Below are positions 10,453-18,959 of a stretch of 64,000 nt of DNA, in pieces. Each line of letters begins with the position of its first letter. The stretch's first letter is position 1. The translations under genes and the position numbers were made by a program. Source of the DNA: Pseudomonadota bacterium (GTDB lineage Bacteria; Pseudomonadota; Gammaproteobacteria; Burkholderiales; Burkholderiaceae_C); the NCBI GenBank assembly GCA_041179165.1, contig JBEGTX010000161.1, positions 16,014 through 80,013 of the forward strand, in the 5' to 3' direction. The notes beneath the pieces were generated by a model. That model did not search any database. It had not been told where the DNA came from and saw only the letters and a program-made list of their open reading frames with translations.

Positions 10453-10495
10453 TGCCTCCACCCCAGCGTCGGTCGCTGCCTCGAAGCAGCCCTGC

Positions 10496-11047
10496 CTAAG
10501 GTTTGATGAGGCCACCAACGGCTTCCCCGGCCTGCTGAAACGGGCCCAGTGGATTCGTCTGGCTGTCCACACGTTCGACCTTCGGTTCCCCTCCGTGATT
10601 GCGGAACAGCACCAAGTCGTCGCGAACCACCACCAGGCCTTCGAATCGCCATCCCGTGGTGCGGGTGGTGCGGCGGAAGCTGAGAAAGTCGAGAAGGAAG
10701 TTGCCCTCTCTTTGAAGAGACTGGCGGCTCATCGTGAATTCATAGGCTCGACAGGCCTGACGCGCCAGGATGCAGTCACGGATCCCGGCATCGAGAAGCT
10801 CCAGCGCCACCCCTGAATTCGGCGCGAGGCGGCCCACCAGTTCCGGATAGGGAATCTGTTTCACGTTTGCAAGCGCCCGCACGTCGAAGCCGCGGTCGGT
10901 CATCTGCGTGATCGTGGTGCTATATGGAACGATGGTCTCGAACGCGTCTCTTGCAGCCTCGAACGATTCAAAGGGCGATGCAATTTCGGAGCGCGCCCGG
11001 GGCAGCATGGCGGTGCAGCCGGAAGTCAACGCCGCAATCAGCACCAT
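10496..11047 (-). CDS. hypothetical lipoprotein
   Basis: MVLIAALTSGCTAM... is lipobox-like and is followed by a ~170-aa soluble domain. The start is uncertain: ATG 11047 was chosen, and ATG 11155 is also in frame. No family recognised. Confidence 0.55.
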   Translation of the reverse strand: MVLIAALTSGCTAMLPRARSEIASPFESFEAARDAFETIVPYSTTITQMTDRGFDVRALANVKQIPYPELVGRLAPNSGVALELLDAGIRDCILARQACRAYEFTMSRQSLQREGNFLLDFLSFRRTTRTTGWRFEGLVVVRDDLVLFRNHGGEPKVERVDSQTNPLGPFQQAGEAVGGLIKP

Positions 11048-11267
11048 GCAGGTCGTCCGCTGGACTCTCGTTGGACCACGCGCATGCCGTCTGCATCGAG
11101 GCGGCAGACTGTCCGGAAAAGGTACGGACGTCGAGCGCCCTGAAGTCGGTTTCATGGGATCGAGTCCCCCTGTATCCATCGCGTGATCCGGCGAGTCGGT
11201 CGGCGGGTGCACCGCGCCTGACAGAGTGTGCGCGGCGCGCACGGGCCGGTGCTTGCGCCCGCGCAAA

Positions 11268-12673
11268 TCAGGAGCCTCTGCACGGCCCGCCCGGCACGGG
11301 CAGCAGTGACACTCCGATGATCGGCACATGGACGGCAAACAAGTACCCCAGCGCCTTCTGCGGGTTGGCGAAGATGCGGCGGCCGCCACGCACGGCCGCC
11401 ACAAGGGAGCCGAACTGGTCGTCGAGCAGGACGAGCGCGGCGGCCTCGCGGGCCACGTCGGTACCGCGTTGTCCCATGGCGACGCCGATGTCGGCCGCTC
11501 TCAATGCGGGACCATCGTTGACACCATCTCCGGTCATGGCCACGACGTCACCCCTCGATTGCAATGCCTGCACGATGCGCAGCTTCTGAGCAGGCGACAC
11601 CCTGGCGAAGACGCGAACCCGATGCACGGTCTGGCGAAACATCACCTCGTTCAGCGCATCGAGCGACCGGCCCGACAGGCAGCTCTCATCCATCGCGCCG
11701 TGGCCCACGATGCCGGCCTGCACCGCAATGGCCCAAGCCGTCGCAGGGGCGTCGCAGGGGCGTCGCAGGGGCGTCGCCGGTGATCATGACAACACGCACG
11801 CCGGCACCTTGACACGCGCGAATCGCGCTCGCGACGTCGCTTCGCAGCGGATCTTCGAATGCGATCACACCCAACGCTTCATACCCCGTCTCTGGAACGT
11901 CGTCACGTGCAAAGTCGGAAGAGCGTGCTATCGCGATCACGCGGAGCACTTGCTCTGCCCAGGCATCAGCCTGCGCCTGCATCCGCGTCAATCGCGACGG
12001 ATCCCCGCTGCAGCGGGCCAGCACCGCCTCGGCCGCGCCCTTCGTTCAGGTGGCTGCGCGGGTCGGCCAAAGCAGCCACTGCGCCGCCCACCTTGCCCAG
12101 CGCCGTGCGCCTGCCGGTGGCCACAACGATCGCCTCCCCATCACCTTGAACCACCAGGGTGCCTGCATTCAGCCTTTCGTCTGCGTGGAGCTTGTCAACC
12201 GGCGCAGACTCCCCGGTGAGCATCGACTCGTCGACGCGCATCCCGTGTGCACGAATCAGCCGGGCATCGCATGCGAGCCGATCTCCTTCGTGGACGCGCA
12301 GCCGGTCGCCCTCCACCAGCTCCTGGCTCGAGATGCGCCGGGCGACCCCGTCGCGGACTACCGTGCTGCGCGGGCTGGCCAATTGATACAACGCTTCCAG
12401 GACATGCTGGGTGCGCAGTTCTTGATAGACGGAGATCGATGCCACAACCAGGACTGACACCATCAGAATGGCCGCATCACCAAGATTGCCCAACACCCCA
12501 TACAGCACCATGCAGGCCAGAAGCAGCAAAACCATAGGCTGAAGCATCACGAGCCGCAGTGCCTCCCATGGTGTGCGATGGGCTGGTGCCTGCAGGCGAT
12601 TGAGGCCGTCACGGGACAGGCGCTCCCGAGCCTCAGTCTCCGTGAGGCCGGCGGGCGGGTCGGGCTCGGTCAT
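11268..12673 (-). pseudogene. cation-transporting P-type ATPase, disrupted (internal deletion, 22-bp repeat expansion, 3' truncation)
   Basis: Three frames each carry ordered pieces. The N-terminus and A-domain hold MLTGESAPVDK and PLQR (12673 down to about 12005). The P-domain fragment holds AWAEQVLRVIAIA...VRVVMITGD. After a frameshift comes AGIVGHGAM...VFARVSPAQKLRIV...VAMTGDGVNDGPALRAADIGVAMG...YLFAVHVPIIG. The DKTGT phosphorylation motif, TM3-4 and the last TM helices are absent. Confidence 0.8.
11740..11777. repeat. 11-bp tandem repeat gtcgcaggggc x3 plus a partial 4th copy
   Basis: Units at 11740-11750, 11751-11761 and 11762-11772, then gtcgc. The repeat sits exactly where the ATPase reading frame switches, just after MITGD on the minus strand. 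Confidence 0.9.
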
Positions 12674-12847
12674 CGGTCGAGCCCCACCGTTTGGTGTAAG
12701 TCCGGAATCCTGCAACTCCACCCGGAGCGCTCGTCCAGGGCCTGGCGCAGTGCGTCGGAGAACAAGGGGCCGCCATGGGTGATGAATGCGCACCGCGGGC
12801 AACGTGCCCGCCCGCGAGCGGCCGTCTCCCCTCACCACCGTTGCACG

Positions 12848-12928
12848 CACGGAGACGTGCTTGCCGTGGCTCTTCAGGCACTTCGAACCGGTCACTGCGC
12901 CGTTTCCACCCAGGAATGTCAGCTGCAT
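12848..12928 (-). pseudogene. N-terminal relic (~27 codons) of an MBL-fold/beta-CASP metallo-hydrolase gene
   Basis: MQLTFLGGNGAVTGSKCLKSHGKHVSV matches the highly conserved N-terminus (M.LTFLGa.g.VTGSK.L...G..vlvDCG) of this family. Similarity then stops and the frame runs into the ATPase relic. Confidence 0.5.
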
Positions 12929-13465
12929 ATCCACCCTTTCGGCCAGCCGGCCAAGGCGTCATGATGGGATCCGCTCGGGGCAGACCCCTTGCGCTGGATC
13001 AAGCAGGCCGCTCGAGCGATCAGATTCGGCAAAGGGCAGATCTGAGGCTGACATGCGGGGATGCGCCAGAGGCCCGATGGCTGGAACTGTCGGGAGACGA
13101 CATGTCGGGGAGCAACGCACCGGAGAACCTCGTCGAAACGGCGTTGTCCCGTGCGGGAGTCTCTGCCCTGTTGGTACCCGCGGCCGGCAGGGCCGAGAAA
13201 CTGGCGTTGGCAGAAAAGCACATGCGTCTCGTCGGCCGCTGAAGACTCACCAGAGTTCCGCATCGCGGACGCCATTCCGTCCAAGCCGGTTGACCCGCGG
13301 TTGCGGTAGATCAAAGGCAAATCGATCCGGCCGCAAACAATCTGCATGGTGCGCAATTGCAGCGCTGATGGTCAGATTCGTTGAAATCTGATCAATCGTT
13401 CACTTCATCGGCGAGACCGTCGCCGTGAAAACGGATTTCCGAGTCTCGCCAATCAGAGGTTGACC

Positions 13466-14308
13466 ATGAACAGCATCGCTTCAATCCTTGTCCACCTGGA
13501 CGATTCTCCTCGCACAGAAGAGCGGTTGAAACTGGCTCGCCAGGTGACCCAGCGATTTCAAGCATCGCTCCAGGCGATATTTGCTGTCGAGTCGGCATTC
13601 GTTGCGTTGCCTTTCGCCATGGCTGAGGGCTCTAACGGGGGTGCCTTTGCCATACAGCTTGACGCCGACCGTCGCAAGCGCATGAAGGAACAGTTTGAAC
13701 GGGTGATGGCTCAAGCTGGCCCGCCCGCCGAACTGACCGAATTGACCAACGAACCGTTGATTCCCGGCGTGGTGCACAAGGCTCTGTTTGCCGACCTGGT
13801 TGTTTTGGGGCAGCACGAGCCCGGCTCGCATTCTGCGCGTTCGCTTCCTTCCGATTTCGTCGAGTCGGTGATCATCGGCAGTGGCAAGCCGACTTTGGTC
13901 GTGCCTTATGCGAATGCCGCAGCCACCTTGGGCAAGCGCGTGCTGGTCGCGTGGAGCGACACGCGCGAATCAGCCCGCGCGCTGTCAGCCGCATTGCCCT
14001 TCCTGCACAGCGCCGATCAGGTCGATGTCATGACGTGGTCCGATGGCGCAGCCGTCGACCCGCTGCCGGGCACTAGCAGTGTGTTGGCGCGCTTTCTAGA
14101 GCAGCATCGGGTCAAGGCGACCGTTCACCCCAACGAGCCCCATTCAAGCGGCGTCGGTGAAGATCTGATTTCGAAGGCCTGCGATCTTCAAAGCGATCTG
14201 ATCGTGATGGGTTGCTACGGCCACAGCCGCGCCATCGAACTGGTTCTCGGGGGCGCGACACGCACCGTCCTCAAGACCATGACAGTGCCTGTATTGATGG
14301 CGCACTGA
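13466..14308 (+). CDS. universal stress protein, tandem UspA domains
   Basis: 280 aa. The second domain ends ...LIVMGCYGHSRAIELVLGGATRTVLKTMTVPVLMAH (USP nucleotide-binding-like motif). ATG at 13466 with AGAGG at 13455-13459; the track start TTG 13460 is rejected. Confidence 0.88.
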   Translation: MNSIASILVHLDDSPRTEERLKLARQVTQRFQASLQAIFAVESAFVALPFAMAEGSNGGAFAIQLDADRRKRMKEQFERVMAQAGPPAELTELTNEPLIPGVVHKALFADLVVLGQHEPGSHSARSLPSDFVESVIIGSGKPTLVVPYANAAATLGKRVLVAWSDTRESARALSAALPFLHSADQVDVMTWSDGAAVDPLPGTSSVLARFLEQHRVKATVHPNEPHSSGVGEDLISKACDLQSDLIVMGCYGHSRAIELVLGGATRTVLKTMTVPVLMAH

Positions 14309-14500
14309 CGGTCGCAAGAATTTCCCCCTCTATCGGCCCCGCGCTCAGCTCGCGCTGACTCATCATGACGGGTGCACGCTGGATGTCGCCATGATTCAAA
14401 CGCCATAGCAGCGACTGAAATCCATCGACCATTGGGAACCCATCAGCGTGCAGATTCGTCGGATGCCAGAGGTGATGGGGGAATCCCCGCGTCCGTCGGA

Positions 14501-15166
14501 TCAAGTGTTGCGCTTGCGCAGTGCCACGCTGACGAGACCCAGTCCAGCCACCATCAGCACCAGCATGCCTGGTTCTGGCACGGGAGGCGCAGTTGAGTAG
14601 CTGAGGTTGTCGAGCACGAAGGTGCCATCGGCAATGCCGAAGCCATGGATGTCGGCGGTGGCACGCTGGATGCCGAGAAACTGGCCTTCGTTCCAGCCGG
14701 TGGCCGAGGTGTCGATGGAAAACACATGGCTCTCGAGCGTGTTGCCTTCGGCGTCATACGCGAGCAGCGTGATGTGGTTGCCACCGGCGGCCGTTTGGAA
14801 CTGGTTGAACAGTGCCCCCACCGAGGAGACGCCACTGCCGAAGCTGAAGCCCAGCTCTCCGCTCGCCGTGACGAAATCGCTGGCGACGAAACGCGCACCC
14901 GCGCCCCATTGGCCGTTGGTGCCCAACACGCGGTTGGAAGCCCCCAGTTCAGCAAACGGCGACGACGTGAAGATGACGTTGTCACCCACCTCCGCCCCGA
15001 CGTTCACCGGCCCGGTGGTGCTCACGCCGTTGTAGGCATTGAACGTGATCACGTGCGAAGGCGCAGGGATGTCCGATGGGGAGCTGATGAGCGCCGCTTG
15101 CGCTCCATTCTGGAGCAGCAGCGCCGCCAACGCGACAGTCGTGACACGAGAAGAAATGGCAGCCAT
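14501..15166 (-). CDS. PEP-CTERM sorting-domain protein (paralogue 1)
   Basis: Signal peptide MAAISSRVTTVALAALLLQNGAQA and C-terminal VPEPGMLVLMVAGLGLVSVALRKR (PEP motif, TM helix, basic tail). GGAGA Shine-Dalgarno. The N-terminal extension in the track ORF is rejected. Confidence 0.85.
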   Translation of the reverse strand: MAAISSRVTTVALAALLLQNGAQAALISSPSDIPAPSHVITFNAYNGVSTTGPVNVGAEVGDNVIFTSSPFAELGASNRVLGTNGQWGAGARFVASDFVTASGELGFSFGSGVSSVGALFNQFQTAAGGNHITLLAYDAEGNTLESHVFSIDTSATGWNEGQFLGIQRATADIHGFGIADGTFVLDNLSYSTAPPVPEPGMLVLMVAGLGLVSVALRKRNT

Positions 15167-15263
15167 GAAATTCTCCGGAGGAGAGCCGGGACCACCGTTG
15201 CGTGGCCTTGTCGGCAAGAGCGAGAGTGCGGGCGACTGGATTCGATGCCGCCCCGCGACGAGG

Positions 15264-15938
15264 TCAGCGTGATTGGCGGCGGCGCATCCAGCCCACCAGG
15301 CCCAGGCCTGCGGCAAACAGAACCAGGGCCTCGGGTTCAGGCACGGCGGACACGGTGTAGGTCAGGTTGTCCAGCACGAAGCTGCCATCCGAAATGCCGA
15401 AGCCGGCGATGTCGGCGCTGCCCCGCTGGATGCCGAGGAACTGGCCCTGGTTATAGCCGTTGGCATCGGTGTCGATCGAGAACATGTGGCTCTCGAGCGT
15501 GTTGCCCTGCACGTCATAAGCCAGCAAAGTCAGGCGGTTGGTGCCCGCGACCGATTGGTACTGGTTGAAAAACGCGCCCACCGACGACACGGAGTCCGCA
15601 AAGGTGAAGGTGATCTGCCCGCGTGGGGTGACGAAGCTGCTCGCCACGAAAGTCTCGCCGACGCCCCAGATGCCGTTGTTGCCGAGCGAGCGCTCGTAGG
15701 CTCCCACCTCGGTGGAGGGCGAGGAAGTCAAGGTGACGACATCGCCGGCTTCAGCGCCGACGTTGACTGGCCCCGTGGTCACCAAGCCGTCGAACTCGTC
15801 AAAGGTGATGACGTGCGCAGGGGCTGCAATGGCCGCCTCCGTTGTGATGAGGTTGGCCTGGGCCTGGGCCCCGAACAGCAGTGCTGCGAGGGCAAAGACT
15901 TTGGGAGTGAACGTGACGGCGAGGGAACGGATGCGCAT
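15264..15938 (-). CDS. PEP-CTERM sorting-domain protein (paralogue 2)
   Basis: Signal peptide and C-terminal VPEPEALVLFAAGLGLVGWMRRRQSR. The mature domain aligns along its full length with the downstream paralogue (HVITF..Y.G..TTGPVNVGAE.GD...SSP ... FGI.DG.FVLDNL.Y). Confidence 0.88.
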   Translation of the reverse strand: MRIRSLAVTFTPKVFALAALLFGAQAQANLITTEAAIAAPAHVITFDEFDGLVTTGPVNVGAEAGDVVTLTSSPSTEVGAYERSLGNNGIWGVGETFVASSFVTPRGQITFTFADSVSSVGAFFNQYQSVAGTNRLTLLAYDVQGNTLESHMFSIDTDANGYNQGQFLGIQRGSADIAGFGISDGSFVLDNLTYTVSAVPEPEALVLFAAGLGLVGWMRRRQSR

Positions 15939-15965
15939 GGCGAACTCCTGATGGTGTCGGGCCCC

Positions 15966-15981
15966 GGCGAGGCTGCAGCCA
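15966..15981 (-). promoter_or_regulatory. candidate sigma-54 (-24/-12) promoter
   Basis: The minus strand reads TGGCTGcagccTCGCC, with GG and GC separated by exactly 10 nt (consensus TGGCACG-N4-TTGCW). It lies about 28 nt upstream of the paralogue-2 ATG, leaving room for the AGGAG Shine-Dalgarno. Confidence 0.4.
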
Positions 15982-16226
15982 CGTCACAGGAATGCCATCA
16001 GTGTGTCCACCGTCTGCGTCAGCCTGATGTGCACGACGACCCCTTCGCGTGAGCCGATCGGACGTGAGCTGGCGTCGATTTACGAGGGTTGGTGCGGAGA
16101 ACCGGCCGCGCCGCCTTGTTGTGCGCGACAAGGGCGCGGCAGCGACGCTACGGGCTGGGGCGAAAGGCAGGCCCCGAAGGCAGGCACGAATGGCAGGCAC
16201 CAAAGGCGGCCGCCAGAAGGACTAAA

Positions 16227-16254
16227 GGGTCAGCATGCGTGAACATGCTGACCC
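16227..16254. terminator. stem-loop adjacent to the tRNA 3' end (possible bidirectional terminator)
   Basis: Perfect 11-bp stem gggtcagcatg/catgctgaccc with a 6-nt loop. It is flanked by tcgtcttttt on the plus strand and ttta on the minus strand. Confidence 0.5.
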
Positions 16255-16263
16255 TCGTCTTTT

Positions 16264-16340
16264 TGGTGCGGCTGGCAGGAATCGAACCCACGACCCCTTG
16301 GTTCGTAGCCAAGTACTCTATCCAGCTGAGCTACAGCCGC
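16264..16340 (-). tRNA. tRNA-Arg (anticodon ACG)
   Basis: The reverse complement reads GCGGCTGTAGCTCAGCTGGATAGAGTACTTGGCTACGAACCAAGGGGTCGTGGGTTCGATTCCTGCCAGCCGCACCA. It has a 7-bp acceptor stem, D-loop AGCTCAGCTGGATAGAGT, anticodon loop CT-ACG-AA, T-loop GGTTCGATTCC and an encoded CCA. Confidence 0.93.
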
Positions 16341-16350
16341 GCAGCCCCGA

Positions 16351-16381
16351 AGTATACACTGGAAAATACCCTCTTCGTCAA
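16351..16381 (-). promoter_or_regulatory. candidate sigma-70 promoter for tRNA-Arg
   Basis: The minus strand reads TTGACG (16381-16376), a 19-nt spacer, then TATACT (16356-16351), about 10 nt upstream of the mature tRNA 5' end. The spacer is longer than optimal. Confidence 0.35.
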
Positions 16382-16566
16382 GCGCTCCGGATTTTCTACG
16401 CCCGACAAACCAGGTGTGCAAGCTCGCCCAAGCGCGTGCCGCCTGCTGGAGCAGTTCGCAAGAGCTTCGTGCCCCCGCGGAGTCGAGGTGCCCAAGCGCT
16501 GAGCCGATGCAGTGCCGTGAACTCATCGTTGGCAGTCGCTTCACAGGCTGCCAGCCGAATCCCGGT

Positions 16567-17814
16567 TCAGCTCAAGCAGGCCGCCGTTTCATAACAGCGC
16601 GCGGCGCGCTCGGTGTCGGATTGCTCGTTGGCCAGACGTGCCAGCAGGAGCCAAGCATGCCGGCGCGCGTTCAATGGCAACTCGGCGCTGGCTGCGGCCT
16701 GCTCCAGCAGCACCTTGGCTTTCCCCCAGAGCTCTCGCTCTGCAAAGGCAGTGCCCACGGCGTGCGCGATGGCGGCATCGCGCGGTTGCGCACGGATGGC
16801 TTCTTCCAGACGCAACAGCCAGTCGGTACCGATGCCGTCGATCGACACCACCAGCGCTTCCGACAACCCGAAGCGATCGTCATCGGTGAGCGACGACATG
16901 CGCTCCCAGAAGGGCCGCAAGATGGTTCGCGCTTCGTTGTGCGCGCCATAGGCCGACAGGCGGCCGGCCGCGCGAGAAGCCACGAGCGCGTCACGGCGGT
17001 CGGCCGCGTCGAGCGCCTGCCACACCCGGCGCACCTGGTCGGCATCGCGGGCACCCTCGAGCGATTCGAACGCCAGGGCACGCAGCAGGCCCTGCGCCGC
17101 AGATTTCGAAAAGCCCTGGTGCTTGGCCAGCAAGCGTGCAGTCTTGAGCGCTTCGTGGGGTTGATGCGCGAGGCGAGTGGCTTGGAGCTTCAAGCGCAAG
17201 GCATGGGTGCGGCGCGCCACACCGGGGGGAAGTTCCGCGAGAAGTTCGATGGCACGTGAAGCGTCACGGTCATCCAGCGCCCATTCGGCAGCGAGAAGCC
17301 GCGCGCCCTCCTCGGCCGGACGCGCCAGCGCACTACGGCTCGAGAGTTCGAGCGCGGCGCTCAGCTGTTCATCACGGCGCGCGCGGTCTTGCAATTTGTG
17401 CAAGCTGCCGGCGGCCAGCAGGTGACCAAGCACCGTGAATTCATTGTCTTGAATGAGGTCTGGGGTGTCGGCCTGAATGACCAGTGCGCGTTGAGCCGCC
17501 TTGTGCGCGCGGCTGTAGCGCCCACCGAAATACTGTGCCAGTGCTTCGCGCAGGGCCGCCTGCGCCGTGCGGTCACGACGTGCCACACGCCACTCGTGAG
17601 CGCGCTTGGGCAATCCGACCAACGCGTTGATGGCCTGGATCACGCTGACCACGATGAAGCAGATGGCAACCAGCGCAATCAGGAACAGGTTGAGCGAGAT
17701 GTCGACGCGCTGGCGGGCCCAGTAGAACGAGACCAACCCGTCGTTGGCGCCCATGGTGGTGGCGGCCACCACCGCGACCACGAACAGCAGAATGAACCAG
17801 ATGACTGCGCGCAT
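16567..17814 (-). CDS. hemY: HemY-like heme biosynthesis-associated protein (HemY N-terminal domain + TPR)
   Basis: 415 aa with the N-terminus MRAVIWFILLFVVAVVAATTMG..., a second TM helix and a TPR-like C-terminal region. Conserved hemCDXY gene order. Confidence 0.85.
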   Translation of the reverse strand: MRAVIWFILLFVVAVVAATTMGANDGLVSFYWARQRVDISLNLFLIALVAICFIVVSVIQAINALVGLPKRAHEWRVARRDRTAQAALREALAQYFGGRYSRAHKAAQRALVIQADTPDLIQDNEFTVLGHLLAAGSLHKLQDRARRDEQLSAALELSSRSALARPAEEGARLLAAEWALDDRDASRAIELLAELPPGVARRTHALRLKLQATRLAHQPHEALKTARLLAKHQGFSKSAAQGLLRALAFESLEGARDADQVRRVWQALDAADRRDALVASRAAGRLSAYGAHNEARTILRPFWERMSSLTDDDRFGLSEALVVSIDGIGTDWLLRLEEAIRAQPRDAAIAHAVGTAFAERELWGKAKVLLEQAAASAELPLNARRHAWLLLARLANEQSDTERAARCYETAACLS

Positions 17815-17825
17815 GCCGTGAACGC

Positions 17826-18959
17826 TCAGCGGCCCGCAGCAGCGGCCGAAAGCGCTGCCAGGCTTTCATCAGGGCGCGGCAAGGCCACGTTGCGTGCGCT
17901 GCCCATCACCTGGCGCACCAGATCGGCCGCCACCGTGGTGCGGCGCGAACCGCGGTCGAAATAGCGCTCGAGCATGGTCTGCGCGGCCTGCAGGTCGGTC
18001 TGCGTGGTGTCGAACTGGCGGCTGAGCAGCGCCAGGCGCGCATTGAGCAAGCGCAGCTTCAGGTTCTCGCGCACGAAGAACGCCTGCTCCGGGGCCATCA
18101 GCGCCGCATCGGGATGGTCGATCTGCGTCACACGCACCAGCGAGCGCAGTTCGGTCCAGGTGGCATCGACCGCCTCGTTCCAGCCGGAGGACACCGAGTC
18201 CCACCAGGCCGACGGCCCACTGGTCGACGTCGCCACGGGCACGGCAGCAGCCGCCGCCACACGGCCGTTGTCCTTGCGCGAGATGGCTTGGGAAAGCAAA
18301 GGCAGTTCATCGACCAGACGCACAGCTTCGTCGAGCTTGATCGACAGGCTGGCGATGTCGGCCACGCCCACCGCCTTCACGCGGTCGATGTCGCGTGCGA
18401 GCGCACGCCGCACGCCGTCGAGGCGGGGCTGGCTGTAGCGCTGCAGGCGTTCATCGGATTGTTTGAGCGCGGCCATCAGGGGCTCGGCGCTGCCAGTGAT
18501 GGCCGACTGTTGCTGGGCCACACGCAGCCCCGCTTCGATGTCGACCACCAGATTCTCGTCGCGTGAGCGTGACAGCGACTGGATGAGGTCTTCGAGCTGC
18601 GTGCGCTGCAACGCCACTTCGGCCAGACGCGCTTCAAGCAAGGCCACCTTGGCGGCGCTGCTGGTGGCGGTGTCCTGCGCCTGGCGAGCGAGCATGCGCG
18701 CTTCGGACGCCAGGTTGCTGCTGTCTTGCTGACGGCCTGCCAGCACCTTTTCGACCTGGCGCACGCGCTCGCGCGCCGACCAGGCCAAGGCCAGGCTGGC
18801 CAGCATGAGGGCGACCAGAACGCCCATGACGATCCATCCCCAGCTCTTGCGATCAGGAGGTGCAGGCGGCGGCAAAGCCGCCGCCCCGCCTATAGGGAGG
18901 TCGATGGGAGCGTCGATGGGGAGCGGGGTCTCGTTCACGATGCGATCGATTGTATGCAT
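17826..18959 (-). CDS. hemX: HemX (uroporphyrinogen-III C-methyltransferase-like membrane protein)
   Basis: Start at ATG 18959 ([16 protein letters not shown]...), a TM helix (WGWIVMGVLVALMLASLALAW) and a coiled-coil-rich periplasmic part. The 126-codon N-terminal extension in the track lies inside hemD and is rejected. Confidence 0.85.
   Translation of the reverse strand: MHTIDRIVNETPLPIDAPIDLPIGGAAALPPPAPPDRKSWGWIVMGVLVALMLASLALAWSARERVRQVEKVLAGRQQDSSNLASEARMLARQAQDTATSSAAKVALLEARLAEVALQRTQLEDLIQSLSRSRDENLVVDIEAGLRVAQQQSAITGSAEPLMAALKQSDERLQRYSQPRLDGVRRALARDIDRVKAVGVADIASLSIKLDEAVRLVDELPLLSQAISRKDNGRVAAAAAVPVATSTSGPSAWWDSVSSGWNEAVDATWTELRSLVRVTQIDHPDAALMAPEQAFFVRENLKLRLLNARLALLSRQFDTTQTDLQAAQTMLERYFDRGSRRTTVAADLVRQVMGSARNVALPRPDESLAALSAAAAGR

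Noticed and set aside
12775-13242. 155-aa plus-strand ORF as a functional gene
   Set aside because: The composition is poor and there is no start context. Only a short stretch (GSNAPENLVETALSRAGVSALLVP) resembles a USP C-terminus. It is treated as a possible relic, not a gene.
13381-13395. FNR/Anr box TTGAAatctgATCAA
   Set aside because: The half-sites are separated by 5 nt rather than the canonical 4 (TTGAT-N4-ATCAA). It is reported only as part of the inverted-repeat observation.
10141-16340. Genomic island integrated at the 3' end of tRNA-Arg
   Set aside because: No integrase, no direct repeat of the tRNA 3' end that I could find by eye, and no obvious compositional break. The accessory character is better explained by local decay plus PEP-CTERM paralogue duplication. 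A proper att-repeat search would still be needed.
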